Of a stretch of DNA of 64,000 nt, positions 27,110-39,670 are shown one piece after another (position 1 is the first letter of the stretch; every line of letters starts with the position of its first letter). The notes beneath the pieces were generated by a model, which saw only the letters and a program-made list of their open reading frames with translations, searched no databases and had not been told where the DNA came from. Source of the stretch: Epiperipatus broadwayi. Its lineage: Eukaryota > Animalia > Onychophora. The stretch is taken from NCBI GenBank assembly GCA_028023455.1, contig JAQFVV010000007.1:15810001-15874000 (forward strand). Reading direction: 5' to 3'. The translations under genes and the position numbers were made by a program.

Positions 27110-27742
27110 TGTTAATAAAAGTACCAAACTCTCCTTACAGTAGTGCCATCAAGTGCAAGCCTTCATAATCAATGGATGCAGGAAGGTTTGTGCATAAAAT
27201 TCTTTTTTAGTGTCTATTCATCCAGCATCCACAGACTAGTTTCTAACTCATCACTTTCATCAGTGAGGTGCCTTGGATTTGAGAGCACTGCATCTAGATC
27301 TTAGAATCAAATGCAACCCTCCAGCAGCCATATTTTATTTATTTGGTTAACTATAAAGCAAGAAGTTCAAGACAAAAACACCATAATGTTTTCAACCCAA
27401 GCTTATTCGGTGTATAGTCATATAGATCTGATTCCAGTTCAGCATCTATACATTTTGGTGTAAAACACAGTCACCATTATCCTATGGGTTGGCAAGGTAT
27501 AAAATCATCTTAAAAAAATTATGATTTTATATGCTTGTACATGATGTTAATGAGTACCAAATTCCATACATTAGTGCCATCAAGTGCAAGTCCATGAAAG
27601 TCATAAGCTAAAAAATAGTCTGGGGATGTTGGATTAGTAGGCGCTAGATGGGGATTTTATGTACAAACCTTACTGCATCCACTGATTATGAAGACTTTGA
27701 TCTTAGTGGCACTACTGTGTGGATATTTTGCTACTCTTATCA
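27110..27742 (-). mobile_element. Family C element: ~435-bp monomer, terminal redundancy and inverted arm
   Basis: Forward arm at 27111 repeats at 27546; inverted arm ~27594-27742 begins inside a truncated + strand HHR (ATGAAAGTCATAAGCTAAAAAATAGTCTGGGG). Confidence 0.88.
27229..27268 (-). ncRNA. Minimal type-I hammerhead motif, family C
   Basis: CCUCA CUGAUGA AAGUGAUGAGUUA GAAA CUAGUC UGUGG; core intact, helix II weak. Confidence 0.8.
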
Positions 27743-28827
27743 CAAAGGAATTATTTTTCTAAAGTAGATCATGGAATATTAAATAAACATTTTTGAGAGG
27801 AAAATAACAAAAAACAATAACTTGCTTAAAATTTCTACCACGTATTAATTTTAATTTATTAAACTATGGTTTATTTGAAAATTGGAAAAGACAAAAAGGA
27901 ATTTATGCACATTTTAAAAGAAAAATGAAAGATGTTCTGATCTCACTTTATATCTGAAACGAGTTGTTTATTATTATTATTATTATTATTCAGTCATATT
28001 AAATTTGTATTATTAAAAGTGCAAATGAATATTTTTATTGAAAACTTGTATATGTACAGAAATTATTACTATTTTGATTATATTAAACTTAAATTTTTTA
28101 CAGACATTTTTAGTTTAGTGTTTTTTTTTATTCTCACATGGACAAAAGTTTGCTAACTATATTTTGAAATTATTCTGCATGCATTGTTTTTATGAGAACT
28201 TGTTCATTGGTAAATGTGAGCTCATCAGTTTAACAATTGATTATATTTAAAATTAAACCATGAAAACATTACATGACCATCTTTTCTTAGATTGACACAA
28301 GCAGTTAAAACAGTAGCAATTCATTCCATACAATACCGCCACCTAATGCAAGCTATAATAGATACTAGCAATGATTGATTACTATATTGTGCACTAGGTG
28401 GCACTGTTGTGTGAAAAAGTTGCTACTTTATTTATCCTGCAGAATTACCTTTTATAAAAGATTTAATTATCATAATTTTGGCAAGAAAAATTGGTAAGCA
28501 ATTCTATTTATTAAATCACGATTGATTTGCAGTTATGGATTGAATATGAAAGCAAGAAATTTATAAAAGTAAACAAAAATTAGAACATTCCTTGCTTATA
28601 GTGAATTTATATTGTAAAAAATGTAAATAATTCATTATTATTAGAAATTTGTGTATTCTAAATAGTTGTAAATTAGTAATGCTCAAAATAAATATTTGCA
28701 TGTTAATAGTATTAGATAATATAGCTGCAGTTTTCTATTTCTTGCTAATCTCTTAACATAATTTATTTTACATATCAGACCATTTACAACTCTCTTAAAC
28801 ACTTTATGAATACTCTTTATTTATATC

Positions 28828-28871
28828 AAAACTAACAGTTTCGATTGTCCTGTAGTCATCATCAGAACTTT
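28828..28871 (-). ncRNA. Minimal type-I hammerhead, family D, helix II damaged
   Basis: AAAGUU CUGAUGA U GACUA CAGGA CAAUC GAAA C U GUU AGUUUU. Confidence 0.8.
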
Positions 28872-28895
28872 TTACAATCCTATTTCTAAAAACCC

Positions 28896-28935
28896 AACTC
28901 TGATGATGACTGCAGGACAGTCGAAACTGTTAGTT
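28896..28935 (+). ncRNA. Minimal type-I hammerhead, family D, intact core
   Basis: AACU CUGAUGA U GACUG CAGGA CAGUC GAAA C U GUU AGUU: perfect 5-bp helix II, 4-bp helix I, ACUGU helix III that can only form in a dimer. Confidence 0.85.
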
Positions 28936-29849
28936 TTGTTATAAATAAAGAGTATTGATAAAGTGTTTAAGCTTAAGAGTTGTAAATGGTATGATATGTT
29001 AAAGTAGAAATCAATGCATAGGAGGAAAAGAAATTATATTAATTTCATAATTTATTCTAGTAATGACATATTTAGTTACATAGAAATCTTTAATAAACCT
29101 TTTATATCATTAATTTGCATATTTCAGATCAAATTATATATATAGTTTTTAGTGATCCATTTATATGTAATGCTCGTTGGCTGTTAAATATTATATCCGA
29201 ATTTATTGATTCATTGTGTGTGCGTATATAATTTATTCGATATATTTGTCACTGTCCACTTTAAAAGTCAAGAATATCAAATCCCACAAGTAGGCATTAA
29301 CACTTTTGAACAGGTAAATAAATCATCAGTGACTGCTAAATTTGGACTGTCTCCAAAATCAATAATAGATTTTAAAATAAAAGGGAATAGGAAATAAATA
29401 AATTGAAACTTCTGGAAATTTATAAATTCTTAATTGATACTTAACCAGATTTGAAAAGAAAAGGTCTAATAAAAATTTCATTTGATTATTATAATGAATG
29501 ACTTTCAATAGTCTATTGTTTTCCCTGGAACATTTTTTACACTTTTTAGATTTTTCAAAAAATATATATGATAATTTATCTGAAATAATATATATATAAA
29601 TGACTTATTTATGGATGCAAAGAAGGATATTAATGCTTTAAAAAATCAGTTATATGTGTAAATATATTAATAAACCTATTCGCGCATTAACCGAGTCAAT
29701 AATTATTTAAAGGCTTGTTAAAATTGTTAGAAGTTCGTTAATTTATAAGAAATAGAAAATCATATAACATTTAATTATATGTATTTAAATATCAAATAAA
29801 ATCCAAGGCACACATCACGTGACTTAACTGAATAAGCTGGTCAGTATAA

Positions 29850-30120
29850 ACTGAAATAGCTTGGATACCGCAAGAGATATCATTTAAAAATTCCTATCTA
29901 GAAACATCACCATATCCAAAACTGTTTCAAGCTATTGGTTATCTTCAGTGAGGCGCTAGGATATTTCATACCCTAGATCCAAAATGCCAACTCAAAGCCA
30001 GCACTTATTTAATAGTTAACCATTAAGTAGAAAATCTGAAAATTTCAGATACCTATACATCTTCAAATCCAGCTGTCCAACTTAAATACCTGAATAATTT
30101 TCAGCTACACCATATATTAA
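29850..30120 (-). mobile_element. Diverged family C relative (C') with HHR motif at 29916-29953
   Basis: TTCCTATCTAG..ATCC.AAAC.GTTTC..TCTTCAGTGAGG..CCTAGATC as in family C; minus strand CCUCA CUGAAGA U AACCAAUAGCUU GAAA CAGUU UUGG. Confidence 0.65.
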
Positions 30121-30319
30121 TATCTTTAGCAATATAACATCGCTTCAGAGATAAAAGCAAAACTATAATAGCAAATAAAAAAATCAAGTCACACATTAGC
30201 ATGCTCATTATTTTAGCATTTAAATGTGTATTGAATGGAAACTTTTATTATTTAAAAAAAAAAAAAAATTAATAAAAACACACTAATATACTTTTCACCA
30301 ATATTGTTTTACAATGCCT

Positions 30320-30575
30320 GGTTTGATTTGTGCAGTGCTGGAATAGTGGATTCTGGAGATCAAGGTCCATAGGTCATGATTCCACTAATTACTTATTGAG
30401 TTTGAACTTGTTATGAACTCCTGCACAATAACCCCTTTTTTTTTTGCTCTGTAAGGTTTGCAGCATAGGGGGCGGCAGATGCTGGAGTCTAAGTCCCTAG
30501 ATTATGGTCCAGCTATGTCACTTTGAACTTATTACAAACTCTCAAGTAATAAACCATTCACTTATTATTTTTTAC
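30320..30575 (+). mobile_element. Two tandem family B SINE-like copies
   Basis: GCAG..GG.AGA.GCTGGAG...TTTGAACTT.TTA.GAAC.C...AATAAACCATTCA. Confidence 0.55.
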
Positions 30576-30846
30576 AAGATTTCAGGAGTTTATAAAAAAA
30601 CTACTTCCCTTAAAAGGTTTTCTCCACATCTTTTATTACTTTTCCAATGACTACTTTATTTTCCTATTTTTAAAAAACACAAAGCAACTATATACAAAAT
30701 TACTATATAGAAGATGCAGACAATTTTTGCAGTATTTATTTTCCCATTAAGATGTAGTTATGGTGTATGGATGGATTAATAGTCTTCATTTTTAATATTT
30801 GAATACAATTATAATGTACAGTATATACTGAACTGTAGATGCAAGT

Positions 30847-31040
30847 AAAGGGGATTTGAATACAGTCTTTCAAGTTCCCTTTAGTTATCTTCTTCATCTT
30901 ATATAACAAATACACATGACCACATATGTATATTGGAGATTAGTTATCTTTTTTACATGTATGTAGTCATCTGTATCGGTTATATAAGATGGAATAGATA
31001 GCTGAAAGAAGTTTGAACATCTGTGTTTAAATCCCCTTTA
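30847..31040. mobile_element. Family A fold-back (palindromic) derivative
   Basis: AAAGGGATTTGAATACAG..TCTTATATAAC..ATGACCACATATGT pairs with ACATGTATGTAGTCAT..GTTATATAAGA..CTGTGTTTAAATCCCCTTT. Confidence 0.8.
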
Positions 31041-32408
31041 TTGAAAGCTGCATTTCTGTACTTTTTTAAATAACTTATTCTGTACAAAGATTGATATAAA
31101 TTTAAAGAAAGGGTCAAATTATGCAGACATACATGCGATGAAACACTATACATATCAGCTCAAGCAATATATTATGTTTTCCAATGCTGGCAAAAGTTAA
31201 ACCACATAGAAAGAATAAGGTTAAATGCTTAACTAATCTGTAATTATTTTAAGAATCCATGCTTTTATGGAATGTTAATCACAATAAAAGTTCAAGTTAT
31301 GATAGTGCACGGCTGAAAAAGAATGTATTTCTATACTTGTTTTCACTTTATATTAGATGAGGACATAAGATAAATTGGATTTATTTGTGATATTCTCCAT
31401 TTGTCACATCTAATCTCCTGCTAGTTATGGGAGTTCAATAAGGATGTAGAATTTATCCTTTTATGTGATCTGCCTAATCAAAGATTGCAAAATAGCATGA
31501 TGTCGCTTTATATAGGAGAATATAAAATTCACTTGCTATTGTGTTGATGTATTCCAGGCAACATTTGGTATTCTTACTATACTTTTTAAATCCTGAAAAT
31601 ATTAGCTTTTTCATGCAGCTTTTATAACTCTATATGCAAGTATGGAGTGTAAAATATTACGTTTTAAATATTTTATCATAACTCTTTGGCCAGTTTAATA
31701 GATTATATATATACACAGCTGTAATGATTAATTTAATATTTATATATATTGAGTCTCAACTATAGTTAGGATGAATAATGAGTGATTACTATCGTCACAG
31801 ACTGATTTCTATCTTTTATATTTATTAATGAAATTGAGAGTCAAAGATAAATTTAAAACACCTTAAGGCTTTGAGCTGGTACATTGAATGTCACTAACAG
31901 AATGTATTTTGGAAAAGTATACAATTTTAATCTTTTTAAAGAAAATGTTGTCAATAATGGCAATAGTCCATGACTGAAGTTGCCATCAACATAAATTTTT
32001 AGATGTCATGCAATGATTAACTTTTGAAATTTATAAAAGAAAATCATGAAATAATCCATATTTCAAAAGTAATAATATTTCTAAATGAAATCATTCCAAT
32101 GTGAGTATTATTTCTTTATTAAAGGACATGGAAAATTATAAAAAAAAGTATCACCAATGATGAGCAGTTTTACTAGATTGAAGTGTGGTTTTTTTGCCTA
32201 GTTATTTAACCTATCTTGGGGACAAAAACTTTAAAATATCACACTATATGGAGGCATGTTTGGTATGTTGTGCGTCTATATAGTAGCACAATTAGTGTCA
32301 ACAACTTCTGAACATTATTGCCTCAGGTATTATGTAATGCTGCATTTTATATTTCAATAATATAAATAGAGGTATTAAACCACTAAACATCACATGAACA
32401 CCATTCTG

Positions 32409-33032
32409 TATGCTTACACAAGCAGTTTACACAGAGACAACTCTCCATAAATTAGTACCAGTCAGTGCGAGTCAGAGTAATCAATGGATGCAGGAAGGTT
32501 TGTACATAACATTCCTATCTAGTGCCTACTCATCCAATATCCCCAAACTAGTTTCTGGCATGTGGCTTTTATCACTGAGGTGTTTTGGATCTGAGAGCAT
32601 CGCACCTAGATCTTAGGATCTAATGCAACCCTCCAGCAGCAACCTTTTATCTTATTAAGTAACTATAAAGCTTTGAGTCCAAAATGAAAACACAGTAATG
32701 TTTTTGATTCATGCTAATTAGTTAGTCTGGTCATGTTGAACTCAGTTCAGCATCCATACTTTTTGGTGTCTTTGGTTCTTTAATAATCACAGTCACCATG
32801 ATCCTATTGGGCAGGATTGGTATTAAATTACTAAATTTCATATGATCACAATTCTTTATGCTTACGCTAGCTATTTACACAGAGGCAAAACTTTTCATAT
32901 GATAGCACCACTCAGTGCAAGCCAGAGTAGGCACTAGATAGGGATTTTATGCACAAATCTTCCTGTATCCATTGATTACTCTATCTTGCACTGAGTGGTA
33001 TTGCTATATGAAGAATTTTGTCTTTGTATAGA
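32409..33032 (-). mobile_element. Family C element: ~448-bp monomer, terminal redundancy and inverted arm; degenerate HHR at 32541-32580
   Basis: TATGCTTAC..TTTACACAGAG at 32409 and 32857; body colinear with 27110-27545; inverted arm ~32926-33032. Confidence 0.88.
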
Positions 33033-33295
33033 TAAAGATATTTGTTAAAGATATATAGGAGAGATTTCTGTTCTACATCAAACTGATCTTATCTAAAGCA
33101 GAAATGCCCAAATTCTCATCACTCGCCATTACAATTGGCAAACATGGTTATTCATGTTCTCTATATTGTTCCTGTAGAACGGATTATTGTATAAGCTTTT
33201 GCTTTGATTCTTTCTTATTTACCTTAATGTACCCTGATTAGGTCTAAACATACACACAGATTTACATATATAGAAACAAGACAAAAGTCTTAAAT

Positions 33296-33682
33296 ATCCC
33301 ACTTTGGAACATTTATGCTTCAACAAAGAAACAATTCAATAGGCGAGAGATACCTAATAGTACATTGCAGATTAAGAATGATTTTTCTCTTGAGCCCATT
33401 CACCGACCTAGCTATGTTGTCTACCTAAAAAACTTATTAAGCTTGATGTTTTAACTATCTGGAAAAAAAAAAAACAGTCATGTTCATCCCACTTTGGAAC
33501 ATTCATCTTTCAATAAAGAAACAATTCAATAGACGGGAATTATCTGATTAGTGAGTTGCGGGTTAAGAATGATTTTGCTCGTTAGCCTATTTACCGACCT
33601 AGCTATGTTGTCTTCCTGAAAAACTTATTAAGCTTATTTAGATGTTTTTAGCTATCAGAAAAAAAAAAAGCCATGTTCATCT
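33296..33682. repeat. Diverged tandem duplication, ~190 bp x2
   Basis: ATCCCACTTTGGAACATT..AAAGAAACAATTCAATAG..ACCGACCTAGCTATGTTGTCT..AAAACTTATTAAGCTT at 33296 and 33486. Confidence 0.9.
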
Positions 33683-34402
33683 TACATGCAAAGTTAAATT
33701 TGTGGACATAATTGTCGGATGCGCAAATCATTCGCTATCTTGATACCCCCCCCCCCTACATATCCATATATATATATAAATTAGATAATTTATAATAAAT
33801 AAAAGCAGAATAAACTTTCTCTCGGCTAATGATTAAATATTTTTTTAATTTTATATCATTGTAGGCATCTTAAATATCGCAGCACGCACATACACACGTG
33901 TATATAATATAACAACGATATTAAGCCCTTTTCATTCCTGCTATATATTTATTTTTACCATTATTCATTTTGCTTAAATAAGATTTTAATTTAAAAGGGG
34001 TGGAGAGGGGGTTTAAGTGGATTTTTTTTTCAGCCCTGGTATTTATTTACATGTCAGAACGCACTTGTTCCTTTTAGTTTTGTGTTTGAAGTTAATTGAT
34101 TTGCTATTGTAATTTCAATGAGAAAAAAAAAATTTGATTGCCCCGATGAGTCATTTAAAGTTCAAGTTTAAAGTTGGTTGCAGACAATGGAGTGGTGATA
34201 GGTAAACCCATTCTGCTGGTACCAGACAAAGGGAATGTAAATTTTGTTAAAAGTAAATGATTTTAATCTACATGCACCATTAAAATCTTTGCTTGATTTA
34301 CACAATGTGTCATATAGGGGGTGCTGCTTCAAACACAAAGGCCCATCAGATTGATGAGCTCATTACAGTACAGTCAACCTCAGGAATTACTAAATCCTTA
34401 AT

Positions 34403-34639
34403 TCATTTTTGGCATGTCTTTGTGTACCCGCTTGTGTCATCAGGCATAACTATGCATGTCCAAAACCGAGGAGTTATGTAGAGTGGATTCTGGAAGAAAA
34501 ATGACTGGCAATTGTTCATTGTTCTTTGCAGGCTCACTATTTTGGGTTGGCAGAATCCTTTGTTGTGTTGAATGCGCTTGCAAATACAAGATGTAATGTA
34601 CTTTCTCAACATGCAGCTCATTATTGGTCACCCAGTGAT
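34403..34639 (-). other. Candidate exon of an antisense gene (GC-richer, two overlapping open frames)
   Basis: Acceptor ATATTTCTAAG at 34640-34641; ORFs 34403-34621 (MSCMLRKY..) and 34440-34631; no homology recognised. Confidence 0.3.
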
Positions 34640-36189
34640 CTTAGAAATATTATATTTCTAAAATGAATGTTTGATTAATGAGCTTCCGCATTTATGTGTG
34701 TATATCTGTGTGTAATTTCTTTCATATATTATATACACCCGTTATATGTATTTGTTTATCTTATATATATATGCCCGTTATACGTATATATTTGTATGTC
34801 TTTACAAGTGTGTACATATTCAGTATGTCTAGAGTTAAAAAGTTTTTAATTAATTGGCATTTAAATTCTTTAGATGATAAAATATATCAGTTTATATGAA
34901 ATAGAGTATAATTAGGTCAATAGTTAATTAAATGATTATACTAACACAATTAAATGATTATACTAACACTGTTGTTAATATGTTTTTGTAATATGAAATG
35001 AATATGTGAAATGCTATTTTTAAAAAAAAGTTGATTTGAGAAATTATTTGAAAATAATAATCAAAACATTTTGAGAAATCAATATTTTTCATCATCATCA
35101 TTATCGTCATCATAACAATGGAATAACTTGGTTGCCTTTAAATTTTTAAGAAGTTTGAATGCTGAAAGTGAGAGTTTATGCATCCCATGCTCCAGATGTT
35201 ATTCCACCAAATCAGACCAGGTATTAATCTTTTTTACTTCAGAAGAAAATAGTAAGGACCCCCCCCCCCAGAACAGTGTTTTGAGATAATATACATATAG
35301 AAAACATAAATATGTCAACATTTAATTCTCTACAACAAATTTTTTTTTTGAAAGAGTTTCAACAACATGCTGAATTATAGCCTCTTCTCTCAACAAAATC
35401 CAATTCACATTGAGCCTATTTACAATGTCTTTGATGCACAAGTTTTCACTAATGATTGCTTTAAATTGTAAACAAGTCTTGGCGTGTGGATATTACCATT
35501 AGTGTCCTTTTATTATTCCAGATTTCCGTTATGCTCCGGAATGTAAAGCATTTGTTCAACCTGAATAGAAAGTTATATGACAATTTCACTAATGTGTCTT
35601 AGAATGCAGGATATATTCTTAAAAGTTGGAACACCAAGCAAAATGGCTCTAAACAAAGTATGTAAATAGTATATAAAATTAGATTGGTGAACCTACAAAT
35701 GCATCAAATAAAATCCCAAAATCCTATAGAGGAATTTTGATTATGCAAAATTATTACATTATCTATCATCATTTCAATACTTTGTGATATGTCTTGCAAA
35801 CTGACCTTTAGTACTCTTTCATGTATATAATAAATGTTTTACCATGTGAAAACATTGAAACATGTTTATTATTTTATTCAGGTAAAATATACAACTGAAA
35901 CCCAGTAATTTACACAAATTACACTGTTCTGGATAAGATATATCTAGATATTTGAATTAAAAATAGTAATATAAAAAATACCAATACATTTTTTTATGCA
36001 CTTCAATAATACAAATACAATATTATATTCAAAATGGCTGACATTTTCAACTATTTGACAGTCTTTTTCAGAGTTCTTTCCACTGCTTATTTGCCTTGAA
36101 AATTGAATTTTTAATATAATGCTATTTTGTTTTTAGATGCTGTAGATCATTTTGAATCATGAGAATTTATTTATACTTTTCATTAAAGA

Positions 36190-36560
36190 GTCTCACTCTT
36201 ATTAAATAATCTGCTCAATAACTCTAAAGATAAACTGCTCACAAAATCAGCTCACCAGATAGTCTATATAAAATTTAAGTGTGATCAAATCAATTGTAAA
36301 GCCACATGTTAGGGGGAATTGAGGGCCAGTCTATCAACAAGGCTGGTTCAGCACAAATATTTGTGTAACAAAGCCATAAAATGTTTCAAATATTTCTCTA
36401 TATTTATAAATCATGAGCAACAGCAAGACTTTAAATTCAATAAGATGAAAGATGAAGTTGTATGTACTGAAAGAGAAGACAGAAAATAAAAGGTTAAAGA
36501 GGCTTGGATGATATATTTGCCATAAACAAAAAAGTGGCTAGTACCCCTCTATTGAGTGGG
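36190..36560 (+). pseudogene. Decayed PLE GIY-YIG endonuclease, a second PLE family
   Basis: QIVYIKFKCDQINCKATC*GELRASLSTRLVQHKY...EREDRK*KVKEAWMI matches VVYKF.C..C...YIGET...L.TR..H...RK.KEA..I. Confidence 0.78.
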
Positions 36561-38065
36561 CACTATGAAAAAATTTAAAAATTCCAAACAATGAAACAAC
36601 AAATTTAAATGAATTTAAATAATGAATAAAACCATCAAGGTAAACCTACTAACCATAAACCCTATACAAATGGATGAGCTATGAATTTGATATGTAATAT
36701 ATCAAAAGCATGCTAAATATGAATAAAAGTGTTTAGATAAATAAATATATGGTTACCTTTTCTGTATAAATATCCAAACATTTATATTACTAATATTATC
36801 TTATGGATTGCAGACATAAATGTGCTCGGATATTCAAAACTATCATACTTTTTGTTCAGTTGAGATTGATATATAGGACAGGTATTCTCTTAGCTTTCAA
36901 ATAGACTCGGTTTTATCTAAGCATTTTAACAATTCAACTTTTTCATTGATCAGGCTTTGTGGAAATTGTAGTTTTTATGTTTGCTTTTTTTTTTGAGAAA
37001 CCATTGTGGCTGACTCTTAAGTACTCAAAAAATAAAAGTTGTTGAACTTTAATATTTATTAGCTTATTTTATTTAATCCTACCATGCTTTTAACATTTTT
37101 TACATCATACCTTTATGGTTGGTGCATTATAATGCAACATTTTATTTTAGTATTAAAACCCTTATTTTATATTATGAATCAATAAATTATATTTGATTTA
37201 TTAGAAATATAAATTTGCAAATGAAAAATATTCTAAAAGTTGTATTTGAACATTGCAAATACAGAAAAACAAAACTGAAAATAATATATTTTTTCAACAT
37301 TAGTAAAAATAAATAAATTAACAAATCCTTGTTAAATGAATTTCATTTCTAAAACCTGAATGTATTATTATTAAATCATCATAAAGCTGTGAAATTCTGT
37401 TCTAGAATTTAAGTTTGAATTTATAATTATTATAATATCAAAAAAATTGATATTACTATGTTTGACAGAGCATGACCTATCATAGTTTTATTTTTACTAT
37501 TACTACAAATTTCTTAACTTATATTTTTTAAAATAAACATATTTATATAAAATATAAGTGTGATCACAAAACTATTTCTTTTTTAATAACTACTATACCA
37601 ATATTTTCTAAAAACAATCTTAAATATTCAATAAACTATGGAAAATATAAAATATTTTTACTCATTGTTTAGATCAATAGAAAATGAGTTCACAAAAAGT
37701 TTCATAATTTCTCATAAAGCCAGAAATCAAAGATTCCACCAATCAACAGCATTATCAGCTTATTTATAGTACTTTCTTTATAGAACCCTGAGATTTTGAG
37801 ATTTTTTAAAATTAATAAATCAGTTTCTCCTATTAAATGAATATATAACCAGAAAAATAATATTATAAATAGCTGCAAGAGAATTGAAAACAGACAGAAG
37901 TGTTATCAGTGTCATCAAATACTCCATAATTACCATTATTAATAAGTATGTCAGTTTCTAACAATCCCCTATATGTCGTATTTCAATGTAATCATGGATT
38001 AATTTTTTTCATATGGTTTGAAAAGACATTTTACCCTTAATCTGATTTCAATTAATTGGCAACAA

Positions 38066-38893
38066 CATTATTTCAATATTGCTATCATCCAGTTTAATAT
38101 TATTAATAAGACATTATGAAGAATAATGAAACAAATGGTCAGAAAGCAAAACAAAGACAGTAATATATATATATAACATCATTCCATATTGCTATCATCC
38201 AGTATAGATATTAGTAATAAGACATTATGAAGAATAATGAAACAAGTGGACAGACAAACAAAGTTAGAAGAAATATATATATATATATAACATCATTCCA
38301 TATTGCTACCATCCAGAATAGATATTAATAATAAGACATCCTGTATAGATATTAATAATATTTTATGAAAAATAATAAAACAAGTGAACAGAAAGTAAAA
38401 CAAAGATAGAAATATATATATGTATGTATGTGTAACCTCATTCCATAATGCTACCATGTAGTATAGCTATTAGTAATAAGACTTTATGAAGAATGATAAA
38501 ACAAATAGATAGAAAGAAAAACAAAGATAGAAGATAAAAAAGATATATATTATTTATTATTCCATATTGCTGCCATCCAGCATAGATATTAGTAAATAAG
38601 ATATTATGAAAAATAAAGAAATAATTGGATAGAAAGCAAAACAAATACAGAATATATATATAAAACATCATTCCATATTTAGTGTTCTATTAGTAATACG
38701 ACACTATGAAGAATAATGAAACATGTGGATAGACAAACAAAGACAGAAGAAATATATATAAATCATCATTCTATATTGCTACCATCCACTATAAATATTA
38801 GTAATAAGTCATTATGAAGAATAATAAAATAAGTGGAAAGAAAGCAAGATAAAGAGACGAAAACAAAAGTAAAGAAAAAGAATATATATAAAA
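38066..38893. repeat. Minisatellite, 7 diverged units of ~100-145 bp
   Basis: Unit CATCATTCCATATTGCTACCATCCAGTATAGATATTAGTAATAAGACATTATGAAGAATAATGAAACAAGTGG.AGAAAGCAAAACAAAGA.AGAA(TA)n. Confidence 0.95.
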
Positions 38894-39342
38894 CGCTGTC
38901 TGAAAATGGATTAAGAATATAGCAAGAAAGGGCAAGCTATTAACAATCATCAGATACTCATATTCAGTCATAAAACTCTTGTGCTTAGTTAACACAAATG
39001 TGTTTTAACTGCTTGGGACTAAGCCACCATATTGAATTTTTTAAAATACTGGCCTGAGACAAAATTTTCACAATAACTTCAGTTTTAATTATGTTAGAGC
39101 AAAAACAATTACATTGCTAGAAACTAGAAAAATTAAGGAAAACAATAAGCATAAAATAAATAGTGATGACTCTATAAAAAATAAGGGAAAAAAGAAATTT
39201 TCACATCCGAAATAATTATTATTTTATTGTTTGTTCATATTTTGGAAATTAACATTAACTAAAATTCAAATTACATCTTCAGTGATAATTTCTTTGTATT
39301 TCTCACAAAATTATCTTTTTAAACATGTATAACATGTCTTAC

Positions 39343-39438
39343 CTGGGATAACCCACAGCTTTACAATCTCCAAAAGAAGTTGGATATGACTTCTTCATTT
39401 TTATCTTGTACTCCAAATGTTCTAAATGTCAAAGGCAT
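39343..39438 (-). other. Candidate 96-nt exon of an antisense gene
   Basis: Minus strand TCTTTTTCTTTATAG acceptor and CAG/GTAAGA donor; all frames closed at the 5' end, internal ATG gives MKKSYPTSFGDCKAVGYP. Confidence 0.4.
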
Positions 39439-39670
39439 CTATAAAGAAAAAGATTCATCCTAATAAAAGATACAAAAGAAATCATCATAGCAATTGGCTT
39501 CTTGTCTATTTAAAACTAGAAATTATAGGCTACTGTCTATATCACTGATAAAATGAGTTTCATCTCTTCATTTTATATTTGTTTGTGTTCATCAATGATG
39601 TTTATATTTGTTATGGACACCAGTGATGTTTATATTCTTTATGCACACAAGTGATGTTTATATTCCTTAT

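Larger units (their letters stand above)
28771..28998. mobile_element. Family D inverted pair of PLE pseudo-LTR-like arms, each with an HHR
   Basis: Arms 28771-28865 and 28900-28998 are near-complementary with a ~35-bp spacer; AATAAA follows each HHR. Confidence 0.9.

Noticed and set aside
38066-38893. CRISPR-like array
   Set aside because: Inter-repeat segments are homologous, the context is eukaryotic, and there are no cas genes
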